Assembly: GCA_963788205.1 (NCBI GenBank)
Contig: CAWBGG010000002.1
Location: 449,988-513,987 of the forward strand
Reading direction: 5' to 3'
DNA from: an uncultured delta proteobacterium
GTDB taxonomy: Bacteria; Desulfobacterota; Binatia; Binatales; Binataceae
DNA length: 64,000 nt
Made by a program: the position numbers and the translations under genes. Shown one piece after another: positions 18,094 through 28,900 of this stretch. The first letter of the stretch is position 1. Every line of letters starts with the position of its first letter. A model generated the notes under the pieces. It did no database searches. It was not told where the DNA came from and saw only the letters and a program-made list of their open reading frames with translations.

Positions 18094-19016
18094 TGACGGC
18101 GCCGGGCGAAGTGCAAGGCCAAATGACCGATCGCGGTGGCTGGCGGCTTCAGTTTGCCGCCGGGGCGGCGAAACTTTCAGACGCGATTCGCGACAAAGTG
18201 ATTACCGTAGCGATCGCAGCGGCGGCCGGTAAGCAAGGCCCGCCGGCGCGGCGCTCGCGGCATGCGACGACTTACCAGGTCAGGGCGGGCGTCCGTCCCG
18301 ACGCGCTGGACGCGTTCGTCAAGGTTTACGATCCGGCTCGCGGTCTCGGCGGCGTGCTCAGGCGTATCCTCGGCGATGGGCGCGCGGCGCACGCCGCGCG
18401 TATCAGTGCGACGCTTTTATCGCAGGACTTAGGCGTGCCGCGCGTGATCTTGTGGGGGCATGAGGCCGCGACCGGACGCACGATGATGGTGGCAGAGCGG
18501 GCACAGGGGACTTCACTCGCTGCCTTCCTGGCCGAGTCTGCCGGACCGCGAGCGGAGCGGAGGCACAGGATGCTGCACAAGCGCGAGGTGTTGCGCGCGC
18601 TTGGGACGGAAATCGCGCGGCTCCATCGCGCCGGCTTCATCCATGGCGACCTGACGCCGTATAATGTCTTTGTGGCTGATTCAGCGCCAATTCGTTTTAC
18701 CTTCATCGACCACGACCGCACCCGGCGGGCCTTCGCGATCGGACGGCGGCGCCGCCAGTTGCGGAACTTCGTGCAACTTCTGCGCTTCGATTTGCCGCGC
18801 CTGACGGCGAGCGATCGGCTGCGTATCCTCGACGCGTGGGCGGCCGGCCTTGAGTTGCAACGGCGCAAGTCCATGATGCATCGTGGATTTAGGATGCTTA
18901 AGCTGAGGATTGCGCGCGATTCGCGCAAGCGCGCGAAAGCGGAGCAGGGGACCGCCGGCCCGGCGATGGCCGGCAAGGCCGGGCCAGACGTGAGGGGCGC
19001 CGACGTGGCGGGTTGA
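18093..19016 (+). CDS. Lipopolysaccharide kinase (Kdo/WaaP family)
   Basis: ATG overlaps the upstream stop (TGATG); kinase motif FIHGDLTPYNVFV...FIDHDR. Confidence 0.65.
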   Translation: MTAPGEVQGQMTDRGGWRLQFAAGAAKLSDAIRDKVITVAIAAAAGKQGPPARRSRHATTYQVRAGVRPDALDAFVKVYDPARGLGGVLRRILGDGRAAHAARISATLLSQDLGVPRVILWGHEAATGRTMMVAERAQGTSLAAFLAESAGPRAERRHRMLHKREVLRALGTEIARLHRAGFIHGDLTPYNVFVADSAPIRFTFIDHDRTRRAFAIGRRRRQLRNFVQLLRFDLPRLTASDRLRILDAWAAGLELQRRKSMMHRGFRMLKLRIARDSRKRAKAEQGTAGPAMAGKAGPDVRGADVAG

Positions 19017-19028
19017 GCGGAGCGCATC

Positions 19029-19730
19029 ATGGAACAGACGCCAGCAGCGACCAGGATCTCGGTCGTGATCCCGGTATTCAACGAGGTCACCACGATCGGG
19101 ATGATGATCGATCGCACGCTCAAGTGCGGCTTCGATACCGAGGTGATCGTGGTGGACGACGCCTCGACCGACGGCACGCGCGAGTTCTTGAAAAAACTCG
19201 AACATCCGCAAGTGCGCCGTTTCTATCACGCGGAGAACAAAGGCAAAGGCGCCGCGCTCAGGCTGGGATTCGCCGCCGCGCAGAATCCGTTCGTGGTGGT
19301 GCAGGACGCCGACCTGGAGTACTCGCCCGAAGACTATCACGGCTTGCTGACGCCGCTGATCGACGGCCGCGCCGACATGGTGTATGGTTCGCGGTTCCTG
19401 GCCGGACCGCATCGCGTACTGCTGTTCTGGCATTACCTGGCCAACCGGCTGCTGACGCTGATCGCCAACGTGGTGAGCAACCTCAATTTGAGCGACATGG
19501 AAACCGGGATGAAGGCGTTTCGGCGTGAGAAGCTCACGGCGCTCACGCTCAGTGCCAACCGCTTTACCTTCGAGCCCGAGATTACGGTCAAGGCCGCGCG
19601 CGCTGGATGGCGAATCTACGAGGTGCCGATCTCGTATTCCGGCCGCGGCTACGCAGAGGGCAAGAAGATCGGATGGCGTGACGCGGTCACCGCGCTCACG
19701 GCGATCATCTATTACAGGTTCTTCGACTAA
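19029..19730 (+). CDS. Glycosyltransferase family 2
   Basis: ISVVIPVFNE...VVDDASTDGT...QDADLEYSPED. Confidence 0.8.
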   Translation: MEQTPAATRISVVIPVFNEVTTIGMMIDRTLKCGFDTEVIVVDDASTDGTREFLKKLEHPQVRRFYHAENKGKGAALRLGFAAAQNPFVVVQDADLEYSPEDYHGLLTPLIDGRADMVYGSRFLAGPHRVLLFWHYLANRLLTLIANVVSNLNLSDMETGMKAFRREKLTALTLSANRFTFEPEITVKAARAGWRIYEVPISYSGRGYAEGKKIGWRDAVTALTAIIYYRFFD

Positions 19731-20930
19731 TGCCCGCGACGACGCCGGGCCGCGCCGAGGCGGCCCCCTTATCGCCGGAGCCCGACACGGCCGGCGCCGA
19801 ATCACTGCGAATCGCCGGCGTCGATCCGGAGCTCGGCTTTGCCGGCGGCGAAAGCCAGGTGCTGGGATTGACGCTGGAGCTGGGGCGCGGCGGCCATCGC
19901 GCGGAGCTGCTTCTGCGATCCGCGCGGCGAGCTGTGGCAGCGCGCGATCGCCGCGGGAGTGGAATGCCATCCACTGCCGATTCGCAACGCGATCGATGTC
20001 GCGGCGGGGATGCGGCTGCGCCGGATGTTGCGCCAGGGGCGCTACGACGTGGCGCACTTTCATACTTCGCGAGCACACGCCCTGGCGCCGTTTGCGCGCG
20101 GCGCGGCGGGCGCGCTAATCGTCACCCGCCGGATGGACTACGCGCCAAACCGACTATTTGCTCCTTATCTCTACAATCGGGCGGTGGACGCGGTGGCGGC
20201 AATTTCCGGCGGCGTGGCCGACTCGCTGGCGGCGGCCGGTGTGGAGCGCGAGCGGATCACGATCATCCCGAGCGGAATCGACACCGCGCACTTTCGCCCG
20301 CCGTCGCCGCCGGAGCGCGCCGCGGCGCGGGCTGCGCTCGGAATCGGCGTGCACGAAGTGGCGGTGGGAACGGTCGGTGCGCTGGAAGCCCGCAAGGGCC
20401 ATCGATATCTGATCGAAGCGATCGCGAAGTGCGCGCCCGGCGTGAACACGCCGGGAACCTCGCTGCGCGGTTTCGTCGGGGGTGACGGATCGCTCAAGCT
20501 CGGCTTGGCCGCTGATATCCGCCGGCTGGGGCTTGACGGGCGGGCGCGAATATTGGGCGCGATCGCCGAGCCGCGTTCGTTGCTGTGGGCGCTCGACGTG
20601 TTCGCGTTTCCGTCGTTGCACGAAGGGCTGGGCGTGGCGCTGCTGGAGGCGATGGCCTGCCGGCTACCGGTGGTCGCGAGTCGCACCGGGGGAATCGTTG
20701 ATGCGGTCGAAGAGGGCCGCACCGGGCTACTGGTCGTGCCGGGCGATAGCGCGGAGCTCGCCGCCGCCCTGACGCGGCTGGCCGCCGAACCGCGAACCCG
20801 CGAAACTTTCGCGGCCGCCGCGCGGAGCAGGGCGGTCGAGAAATTCAGCATGGCGGCGATGGCGCGCGCGACCCTCGCGCTGTATCGGGCCGGTCTTGAG
20901 CGCAATGCCGCCGGCCATGGGAGGATCTGA
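19730..20930 (+). CDS. Glycosyltransferase family 4; frame break near 19905-19915
   Basis: N-terminal LRIAGVDPELGFAGGESQVLGL (frame of the 19730 ORF) continues as CDPRGELWQRAIAAGVECHPLP in the 19959 frame; C-terminal GT4 motif FAFPSLHEGLGVALLEAMA. Confidence 0.7.
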
Positions 20931-20935
20931 GTGCG

Positions 20936-21811
20936 ATGCGCAGCATGACCGGGTTCGGGCGGGCGACGCTCAAGAGCCAGCACCTTCAAATCGAGGCCGA
21001 GGTGCGGGCGCTCAATCAGCGCTTCATCGAGATTAAACTCGCGATACCGCGCGGATGGGGCGCGCATGAGGCCGAGATCCGCAAGCTGGTGCAAGGCGTG
21101 ATCGCGCGCGGCCGGGTCGAAGTTGCGATTCGGCATCTGGGACCCAAGCTGTCGCGAAACCGGCTGCAGGTGGACGAGCGGCTGGCGGCAGAGTACGTCG
21201 CCGAGCTGCGCCGGCTGGCGAAGCGGCTGCGGCTCTCGGGCAATCTGGGGGTCGAGGCGATCGTGTCGCGCCCGGAAATTTTCCAGTCGATAGAGGAGCC
21301 GGCCGACGCGAGCGCCGGGCTCGGTCTGGGACTCAGCGCGCTCAAGCGGGCGCTGGCCGCACTGGAGGCGGAGCGCGCGCGCGAAGGGCGGATTCTCCAG
21401 CGCGATCTGGCCGCCCATCTCAAGCGGATCGAGCAGGTGATTCCGAAAATCACGGCGCTGGCTGAAAAATCACGGGTTGAGATCATGGCCAATTTCGAGG
21501 AGCGGATGCGCCGCCTGCTTGCGGAGTTGCCGATCAACGAAAAACGGCTGCACGAAGAGGCGGCCGGCGCGGCCACTCGCGCCGACATCAGTGAGGAGCT
21601 CGCGCGGCTAGTTGCGCATACCGAGGCCCTGCACGGGCTCATCGGCAAGGACGGCCCGGTGGGCAAGGAGATCGAGTTCCTGCTTCAGGAGGTAAATCGC
21701 GAGGTGAATACGATCGGCGCAAAATCGCAGAACGCCGAGCTCTCGCGGCTGACTGTCGAAGTAAAGGGCCGGCTCGAAAAGATGCGCGAGCAAGTGCAGA
21801 ACGTGGAGTAG
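20936..21811 (+). CDS. yicC: YicC-family stress-induced protein
   Basis: Start MRSMTGFGR; 291 aa; typical yicC-gmk synteny. Confidence 0.85.
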   Translation: MRSMTGFGRATLKSQHLQIEAEVRALNQRFIEIKLAIPRGWGAHEAEIRKLVQGVIARGRVEVAIRHLGPKLSRNRLQVDERLAAEYVAELRRLAKRLRLSGNLGVEAIVSRPEIFQSIEEPADASAGLGLGLSALKRALAALEAERAREGRILQRDLAAHLKRIEQVIPKITALAEKSRVEIMANFEERMRRLLAELPINEKRLHEEAAGAATRADISEELARLVAHTEALHGLIGKDGPVGKEIEFLLQEVNREVNTIGAKSQNAELSRLTVEVKGRLEKMREQVQNVE

Positions 21812-21879
21812 GGCCGGGCGGCGCGGCCATTGGCAAGCGGCCATTTGCAAAATCGACGCCCGCCTGAATAGATAGCAAA

Positions 21880-22503
21880 ATGGGGTACTTTTCGCCCTCA
21901 CGGCGCGGTATCATATTCATACTTTCCGCTCCGTCGGGAGCGGGGAAGACCACGATCTCCCGGGCCGCGCTCAAAGCGATTGGAGGTCTTACGGCGTCAG
22001 TCTCTCTTACCACCCGCGCCCCGCGTGAGGGCGAAGTCGACGGAGTCGATTATTGTTTCGTCAGTGACGCCGAATTCGATCGGCGGCTCGATGCTCACGA
22101 GATGGCCGAATGGGCGCGGGTGTTCGACTCGCGTTACGGCACGCCACGCGGCCCGCTCGATCAAGCGGTGGCCGAGGGGCGCGACATCCTGCTCGATATC
22201 GATATCCAGGGCGCGCGCCAACTGCGCGCCAGTTATCCCGACGATTCGGTCACGATTTTCGTACTGCCCCCGGGCTTCCGCGAGCTGGAGGAGCGGCTGC
22301 GCAAGCGCGGCACTGAGAGCGAAAGTCAGATCCAGTTTCGTCTCAAGCGCGCGCGCGAAGAAGCGGAAACATACGTCAAATACGATTACCTGATCGTCAA
22401 CGCCGACGTGCGTGAATCGATCGCGGGGCTGGCCGCGGTGGTAGGAGCCGAGCGCCAAAGAGTGGCGCGATTGCGCGAGGAGTTTGCGCCGTGGAAGAAC
22501 TAG
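21880..22503 (+). CDS. gmk: Guanylate kinase
   Basis: P-loop SAPSGAGKTT; TTRAPREGEVDGVDYCFVS. Confidence 0.9.
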   Translation: MGYFSPSRRGIIFILSAPSGAGKTTISRAALKAIGGLTASVSLTTRAPREGEVDGVDYCFVSDAEFDRRLDAHEMAEWARVFDSRYGTPRGPLDQAVAEGRDILLDIDIQGARQLRASYPDDSVTIFVLPPGFRELEERLRKRGTESESQIQFRLKRAREEAETYVKYDYLIVNADVRESIAGLAAVVGAERQRVARLREEFAPWKN

Positions 22504-24713
22504 CGCAAATCTCCGGGGACTATTCGGATCAGCTCCACGAGCTGCTCACCGAGGTACATTCGTATAATCCGCAGGCCGACGACGCGCTGATCCGCCGCGC
22601 CTACGACTATTCGGCCCGGATGCACTCGCAGCAGAAGCGGAAGTCCGGCGAGCCCTACGTTATCCATCCACTCAACGTGGCGCTGATCGCCGCGCGGCTC
22701 AAGCTCGACGTTCCCTCCATCGCGACCGCGCTGCTGCACGACGTGGTCGAGGATACGCCCGCTTCGTTGGGCGAGGTGCAGTCCGCGTTCGGCGCGGAAA
22801 TCGCGCAGTTGGTCGACGGCGTCACCAAGGTTTCGAAGATTTCGTTCCAGAGCCGTGAGGAAAAGCAGGCCGACAACTTCCGCAAGATGATCATCGCGAT
22901 GGCGCGTGACATCCGGGTCGTACTGGTCAAGCTCGCCGACCGGCTGCATAACATGCGCACGCTGGACCATCTCAAGCCCGCCCGCCAACTTGAGATTTCG
23001 CGCGAGACGCTGGAGATCTACGCGCCGATCGCGCATCGCCTCGGAATCTACTGGCTCAAATCGGAGCTCGAAGACTACGCATTTCGCTACGTCAATCCGC
23101 AGAACTATCAGACGATCGCGGCCTTCGTCGCCAAGACCAGCGAAGAGCGCGAGGTATACATCGCAACGGTGACCGGAATTCTGACGCGGCGGCTGGAGAG
23201 CTCCGGTGTGCATTCCGAAGTCACCGGCCGGCACAAGCATTTCTACTCCATCTACACCAAGATGCAGGAGGAAGGGCTGACCTTCGACGAGATCTACGAC
23301 CTGGTCGCCTTCAGGATCATCGTCGACACTGTCCGCGAATGCTACGAGGCGCTGGGCGTGGTCCACGCCAACTGGAAGCCGGTGCCGGGGCGCTTCAAGG
23401 ACTATATCGCGCTGCCCAAGGTCAACATGTACCAGTCGCTGCACACCACGGTGATCGGGCCGCGCGCGCAGCGGATGGAAGTGCAGATTCGGACCCGCCA
23501 GATGCATCGCGTGGCCGAAGAAGGAATCGCGGCGCATTGGACCTACAAGGAGGGTCACGTGCAGGGCCTGCGCGATACCGAGCGCTTCGCGTGGCTGCGG
23601 CGGCTGATCGAATGGCAGCAGAACCTGAAAGACCCGCAAGAGTTCCTCTCGACCGTCAAGGACGATCTCTTTCCCGAAGAAGTCTTCGTATTTACGCCCA
23701 AGGGCGAGGTGCTCGATTTTCCGGCGGGCGCCACCGTGATCGATTTTGCTTACCGGATCCATTCGATGGTGGGGCAGCATCTGGCGGGCGCGCGGGTCAA
23801 CGGCCGGATGGTGCCGCTGCGCTACAAGCTCAAATCCGGCGACGCGATCGAAGTCATCACCGCCGAGCGCCAGAACCCGGGCAAGGACTGGCTGAACAAC
23901 GTGGTCACGGCCCGCGCCAAGAGCCGGATTCTCCAGTGGCTTCGCGTGCAGCAGGCCGAGCGATCGATCCAGGTCGGCAATTCGATTCTGGAGCATGAGC
24001 TCCAGCCGCTCGGGCTTACGGTCGGCCAGCTCCGGCGCGAAGGGCGCCTCGACGCGGCGCTCAAGGAGCTCTCGCAAAAGGACGCCGACAATCTGATCGC
24101 CGCGGTTGGCTATGGGATCGTCACCGCCGCGCAAGTGCTGAGCAAGGCGCTGACTCCCGACGAGCTCAAGCAGTATCGCGCGGGCAAGGCGCCGCAGCCA
24201 CCGGCCGTGGAGGGCGCCGACAAAGAGCGCCTCCGTGAGGTCCGCAAGGCGCTCGGCGGGGGCGTAGTCGTCTCGGGAATCAGCGACATGATGGTGCGGT
24301 TCGCGCGCTGCTGCAACCCGTTGCCGGGCGAGCCGATCACCGGATTCATCACGCGCGGCCGCGGCGTGACCGTGCATACCGCGGGATGCTCCCGCGCGTT
24401 GGAAGCCGACCCGCAGCGCCGCGTGCCAGTGATATGGAAAGATGGCGAGCAGACCGCGCGGCCGATTCGGCTCGAAGTGATGTGCGTCGACAAGCCGGGA
24501 CTGCTGGCTGCGATGTCCAAGGCGATCGCGGCGGCCGGCGTGAATATCAAGCACGCCAACGTCAAGAGCGTCGACGGGCGCGCGCTGTCGGTTTTCGAGC
24601 TGGACGTTTTCAACGCCGGCCAGCTCAACAACCTGATGCATTCGATAGCGGCGATCGACGGCGTCATGCGCGTCTCCAGGATGAGCCAGCAGAATGGCCA
24701 CAAGGCGGGATGA
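22491..24713 (+). CDS. spoT: Bifunctional (p)ppGpp synthetase/hydrolase (RelA/SpoT homologue)
   Basis: HD domain HDVVEDT; synthetase region RIIVDTVRECY...YQSLHTTV; TGS and ACT regions; 740 aa. Confidence 0.9.
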   Translation: MEELAQISGDYSDQLHELLTEVHSYNPQADDALIRRAYDYSARMHSQQKRKSGEPYVIHPLNVALIAARLKLDVPSIATALLHDVVEDTPASLGEVQSAFGAEIAQLVDGVTKVSKISFQSREEKQADNFRKMIIAMARDIRVVLVKLADRLHNMRTLDHLKPARQLEISRETLEIYAPIAHRLGIYWLKSELEDYAFRYVNPQNYQTIAAFVAKTSEEREVYIATVTGILTRRLESSGVHSEVTGRHKHFYSIYTKMQEEGLTFDEIYDLVAFRIIVDTVRECYEALGVVHANWKPVPGRFKDYIALPKVNMYQSLHTTVIGPRAQRMEVQIRTRQMHRVAEEGIAAHWTYKEGHVQGLRDTERFAWLRRLIEWQQNLKDPQEFLSTVKDDLFPEEVFVFTPKGEVLDFPAGATVIDFAYRIHSMVGQHLAGARVNGRMVPLRYKLKSGDAIEVITAERQNPGKDWLNNVVTARAKSRILQWLRVQQAERSIQVGNSILEHELQPLGLTVGQLRREGRLDAALKELSQKDADNLIAAVGYGIVTAAQVLSKALTPDELKQYRAGKAPQPPAVEGADKERLREVRKALGGGVVVSGISDMMVRFARCCNPLPGEPITGFITRGRGVTVHTAGCSRALEADPQRRVPVIWKDGEQTARPIRLEVMCVDKPGLLAAMSKAIAAAGVNIKHANVKSVDGRALSVFELDVFNAGQLNNLMHSIAAIDGVMRVSRMSQQNGHKAG

Positions 24714-24742
24714 GAATCGCAAACGATGAGCAATCGGACACC

Positions 24743-25126
24743 ATGAAGAAAGTAATTCACTCGCACGCGGCGCCGGCGGTGGCCGGTCCTTATTCGCAGG
24801 CGATAGAGATCGGCGAATGGGTCTTCTGCTCCGGTCAGATCGGCCTTGACCCCGCTTCTGGCAAACTGGTCGAGGGCGGCGTGGAAGCGCAGGCGCATCG
24901 CGCCCTGCAAAACCTAAGAGAAGTGCTGCACGCCGCGGGTCTGGTGGTTGAGGATGTGGTCAAGACCACGATCTTTCTGGCCGACATGGCGGATTTCGCG
25001 GCGGTCAACCGCATCTACGGCGAGGAGATGGTTTCGCCGTATCCGGCGCGATCCACCGTCCAGGTCGCGGCGCTGCCGCTCGGCGCGCGCGTCGAGATCG
25101 AGGCGATCTCGCGCCGCCATTCATAA
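24743..25126 (+). CDS. ridA: RidA/YjgF family protein (127 aa); real ATG at 24743
   Basis: APAVAGPYSQA...GQIGLDP...TTIFLADMADFAAVN. Confidence 0.8.
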   Translation: MKKVIHSHAAPAVAGPYSQAIEIGEWVFCSGQIGLDPASGKLVEGGVEAQAHRALQNLREVLHAAGLVVEDVVKTTIFLADMADFAAVNRIYGEEMVSPYPARSTVQVAALPLGARVEIEAISRRHS

Positions 25127-25178
25127 GGCGCGCAGACTCGACGCGGCCTCATTGCTTCGCAAGAGCTGTCACGCCGGA

Positions 25179-25309
25179 GGTAGTGGGCGGCTTTGGCAGC
25201 ACGGGCCGGCACGGCGGCCGGATAATCACCGGCGAGACGCCGGCGCTACTGCTTCCGGAAGTAGGACCGGCGGCCCGCCGGTCATCCGACCTCAAAACCG
25301 CCCACTACC
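25179..25309. repeat. Small inverted-repeat element (17-bp arms GGTAGTGGGCGGCTTTG / CAAAACCGCCCACTACC); its core is partly repeated at 48512-48542
   Basis: Arms seen directly; CCGAAGTAGGACCGGCG...CGCCGGTC recurs upstream of the S53 peptidase gene. Confidence 0.4.
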
Positions 25310-25323
25310 ACGTCGGGAGAGGT

Positions 25324-25992
25324 TCAGGGTGTGGGAGCGATCGCCCGAGGCCGCGAGACCCGATTCAGCGGCATCACGGCGCGCAGGTCGTCGAGCCCCT
25401 CGATCCGCGCGATTACGCCGGCGAAGCGTGCAGGGATCGTGGGATCGGAAGTGTTGCCATAGAGTCGGCCGTCGGCCGACGCGACGATCGCTACCCCGAA
25501 TAATCGCTCGACCTGCGCTACGGTGGCGGTAAGTCCTACCGAGCGTCCGTCTGCGTTATCCGTTACCGCGCTGAAGCCTTCCGACTTGAGCCATTCCACG
25601 ACCGCATCGACGTCGTTCGGGCTCGGACCGAATCTCGCGTGGAACTCGTCGGGCGTAAGCCAGCGATGATATTGCGGTGAATTCGGGTCCTGCTGTTCGG
25701 CGAGCAATTGGTCCAGCGTTGATTGGTTCCGCAGCGCGAGAACAACCTGGAGGCTAAGCTGCTTGTCGGCGGCCGCTGGTCCCCAGCCCGTGACACTGAC
25801 CGTCGGATGATTGCCCTGCAATGCCACGCTCGAGGCGCGGACATCGTGCGCTAACGCCGCGATGAGCAGCGTCGCGAACGTGACCTTGACCAGCGCCGGG
25901 GTTGCGAAGGCGCACGCGCTCGCTCTCTGCGCAATCGCTTCAGCTGCGGTCGCGATCGGCGCGTCGCCTTTCACATCAATGGGCTGCGCCAC
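25324..25992 (-). pseudogene. Truncated paralog of the S53 peptidase: signal peptide plus pro-kumamolisin activation domain only
   Basis: QQDPNSPQYHRWLTPDEFHARFGP and [12 protein letters not shown]...ARFAGVIARIEGLDDL are colinear with residues ~40-170 of the 48685-52821 protein; ends without a catalytic domain. Confidence 0.55.
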
Positions 25993-25997
25993 CGCGC

Positions 25998-28900
25998 CTA
26001 CTTGCCGCTGCCGCTCACCAGAATCCCGACCGAAGGATGCACCGGGTCATCGCTGGTGATCGTGAGCGTGGCGTTTTCCAGCTGGGTCGACAGCGGCGCG
26101 AACGTGACGCTGATCGAGGCCGAGTGTCCCGACCGTAGCGTGAAGGTCGAGCCGCCGCCGGCGGTCACCTGGAACGGTACGCTGAGCGTGCCCACCTGGC
26201 CGTGCAGTACGCCCGGTCCGAGATTGACCACGCTGAAGGTCCTGGTCGAGTGTTTTCCGATCTTGACCTTGCCGAAGTCGACCAGGTGTGGCGTCGCGAT
26301 CTTGCCCGGGTTGGCCGTGCCCTCGACCTGGACCTCGGCCAGCGGGTTCTTCGGATCGCTGCTCGTGAGCTCAATTTCCCCCGCAAACGAGCCCGCCGCA
26401 GTCGGTGCGAGCACCAGCTTTACCCGCTCGGCGTGACCTTTCGCCAGACTGAAGGAACCGCCCCCGCTCACCACGCTGATCGCCACGGGGAGAGAACTTG
26501 CGTTGACGCTGCCGGTCAGAGTGCCCTTGCCAACATTCCTGATCACGAAGGACAGTACCCGCGTGGTATCGGTCCCGACGGTTCCGAAGTTGAGGATTCG
26601 GCTCGATAGCTGGAGTTTGCCGCTGGGTTGCGGCGTCGGCGCAGGAGTTGGGCTCGGCGTAGGAGTCGGCGATGGCGTGGGCGACGGGGTCGGCGTTGGT
26701 GTCGGGGAGGCGGTCGGCACCGCCGATGGTGTCGGAGATGGGGTCGGCACCGGCGATGGTGTCGGAGAAGCGGTCAGCACCGCTGATGGGGTCGGACCTG
26801 GAATCGGCGCCAGCGGCTGGTCGAATTTCAGAAGGCGGTTATTGGGCAGGTCCGCGACAAACAGGTCGCCGGACGGGTCAACTGCGACACCAGTTGGATC
26901 GCAAAGCCCGTCGGCGCTCGGCACGGGATCGCCGCTGACGCCGTCGCTGCAAAGTTTGGCCGTATAGCTGCCGCCCTGTCCGAACACGTCGTCAGCGATC
27001 GTGTTACCCGAGCCAGCGATCGGAGTCGCGGTGAGCGGCGTGTTAAATTCGAGCACGCGATTGTTGCCGGTGTCAGCGATATAGACGTTGCTGGCCAGAT
27101 CGAGCGCGACCGCTCCGGGGCTGCAGAGGCCGGCAGAGCTGGTGGTGCACGTGTTGCCGTCGAGGCTTCCGCCCTGGCCAAACACGATCGCGGCGGTGGT
27201 ATTGGGCGCAGCGGGATTCGCGAGCGGCGCGGTGTATTCCAGCACGCGATTGTTCATTTGGTCGGCAACGTAGAGATTGTTCGCCGAGTCGACCGCGAGC
27301 CCTTGCGGGCCGCACAGGCTATCGGGACCCAACCCGTTCGCGTCGCCCGCGGCTACGCCGTCATTGCACGAATCGAGACTGAAACTGCCGTGCTGGCCGA
27401 ATACCGTGTCGGGCTTGGTATCGCCCGAGCCCGCCACGCTGGTCTTGGCCAGCGGGGTGTTGTATTCCAGCACGCGGTTGTTGATCTGATCGGCGGCATA
27501 CAGATCGCCCGCCAAATCGAGCGCGACACCAGTGGGCGCGCACAGGCCGGCGGAACTGGTCTTGGGCGCTTTAGAGATCGCGGAGCTCGTACAGGTGTTG
27601 GCAGTGAAGCTGCCGCCTTGGCCGAAGACGAGGGTGGCCGCTTGGCCGACGAGCAGGCCGCTGTTGAACGGCGAGCTGAATTCCAGCACGCGGTTGTTGC
27701 CGGTGTCGGCGACATAAAGGTTGCCGGCCGCATCGACCGCGACGCCGCCGCCGACCTTCTGGGCGTTCTTGCCGGTCCCCGAGCACAGACTGTTCAATCC
27801 CGCGCTGCAAAAGCAGAGGCCGGTCTGGGTGGTGGTGCAATACGATGAGTAGGCGTCGGGTTGCCCGATCACGATATCGGCGGACAGCGCATTGGTCACG
27901 GCCGCGGCGCTCTTCCATCCCAGCACGCGATTGTTCAGCACATCGGCGAGATAGAGATGGCCGCTTGAATCGACCGCTGCTCCGGCGAAAAGCGTGCCGT
28001 AAGCGGTCGTCAGCGCGATCGCCTGGGCGCCGCCGAAGTTGACGATATTGTGCGCCAAGTCTATCTGCCCCAGGGCGAGGTCGGCGGTCTGGTCGCCGGA
28101 GCCGGGCACGCCGCTCTTCATCAGCGGCGTGTAGAATTCCAGCGCGCGATTATTGGCCGTGTCCGCGACCAGGAGGTCGCCGCCGGGATCGGCCACAACA
28201 CCGGCAGGGGCACAAAGGCCGGCGGAGTTCGGCGCGGGATCGCCGTTCGCGCCGTCGCTACAAGCAGTCGCGCTGAAGCTGCCTTTCTGGCCGAACACGT
28301 TGTCGGCAATCGAGTCACCGGAGCCCGGCACATTGATGTTATTGGTCAGCGGCGTGTTGTATTCGAGCACGCGATTGTTGGCCGTATCCGCAACGTAGAG
28401 ATTGTCTGCGGCATCCAGCGCGACTCCCTGCGGCCCGCACAGGCCCGCATTCGAGGTGCCGCACACGGTGGCGAATGCGCCCTGCTGGCCGAACACCGCG
28501 TCGGCGTTGGTGTCGCCTGATCCGCTCACTGCGGTTTTGGCGAGCGGGGTGTCGTATTCCAGTACGCGATTGTTGCCGCTGTCGGAGATGTACAGGTTTC
28601 CCATCGAGTCGGCCGCGACGCCCGTGGGAGAGCACAGGCTGTCGGCGCCGACCCCATTGCCGTCACCCAGGTTCGTCCCGTCGTTGCATCCGGTGGTGCT
28701 GAAGCTGCCGTCCTGGCCAAACACCAGGTCGGCGATAGTATCGCCAGAGCCGGGCGCCATGGTCACGGACAGTGGCGTGTTGTATTCGAGCACCCGATTG
28801 TTCCCGCCGTCGGCGACGTAAAGGTTGTTCGCCGGGTCGACCGCGAGTCCGGCGATATTGAGGAACGGCGGAGAAGGCTGCACAAACGTAGTGTTGGGCT

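Noticed and set aside
18681-21418. 465-aa and 415-aa minus-strand ORFs over the kinase, GT2, GT4 and yicC genes
   Set aside because: Antisense to genes with clear family motifs; low-complexity Arg/Ala/Pro composition.
22500-24722. 740-aa minus-strand ORF exactly mirroring spoT
   Set aside because: A perfect antisense shadow of a highly conserved RelA/SpoT gene; its composition is Arg/Gly/Leu-rich junk.
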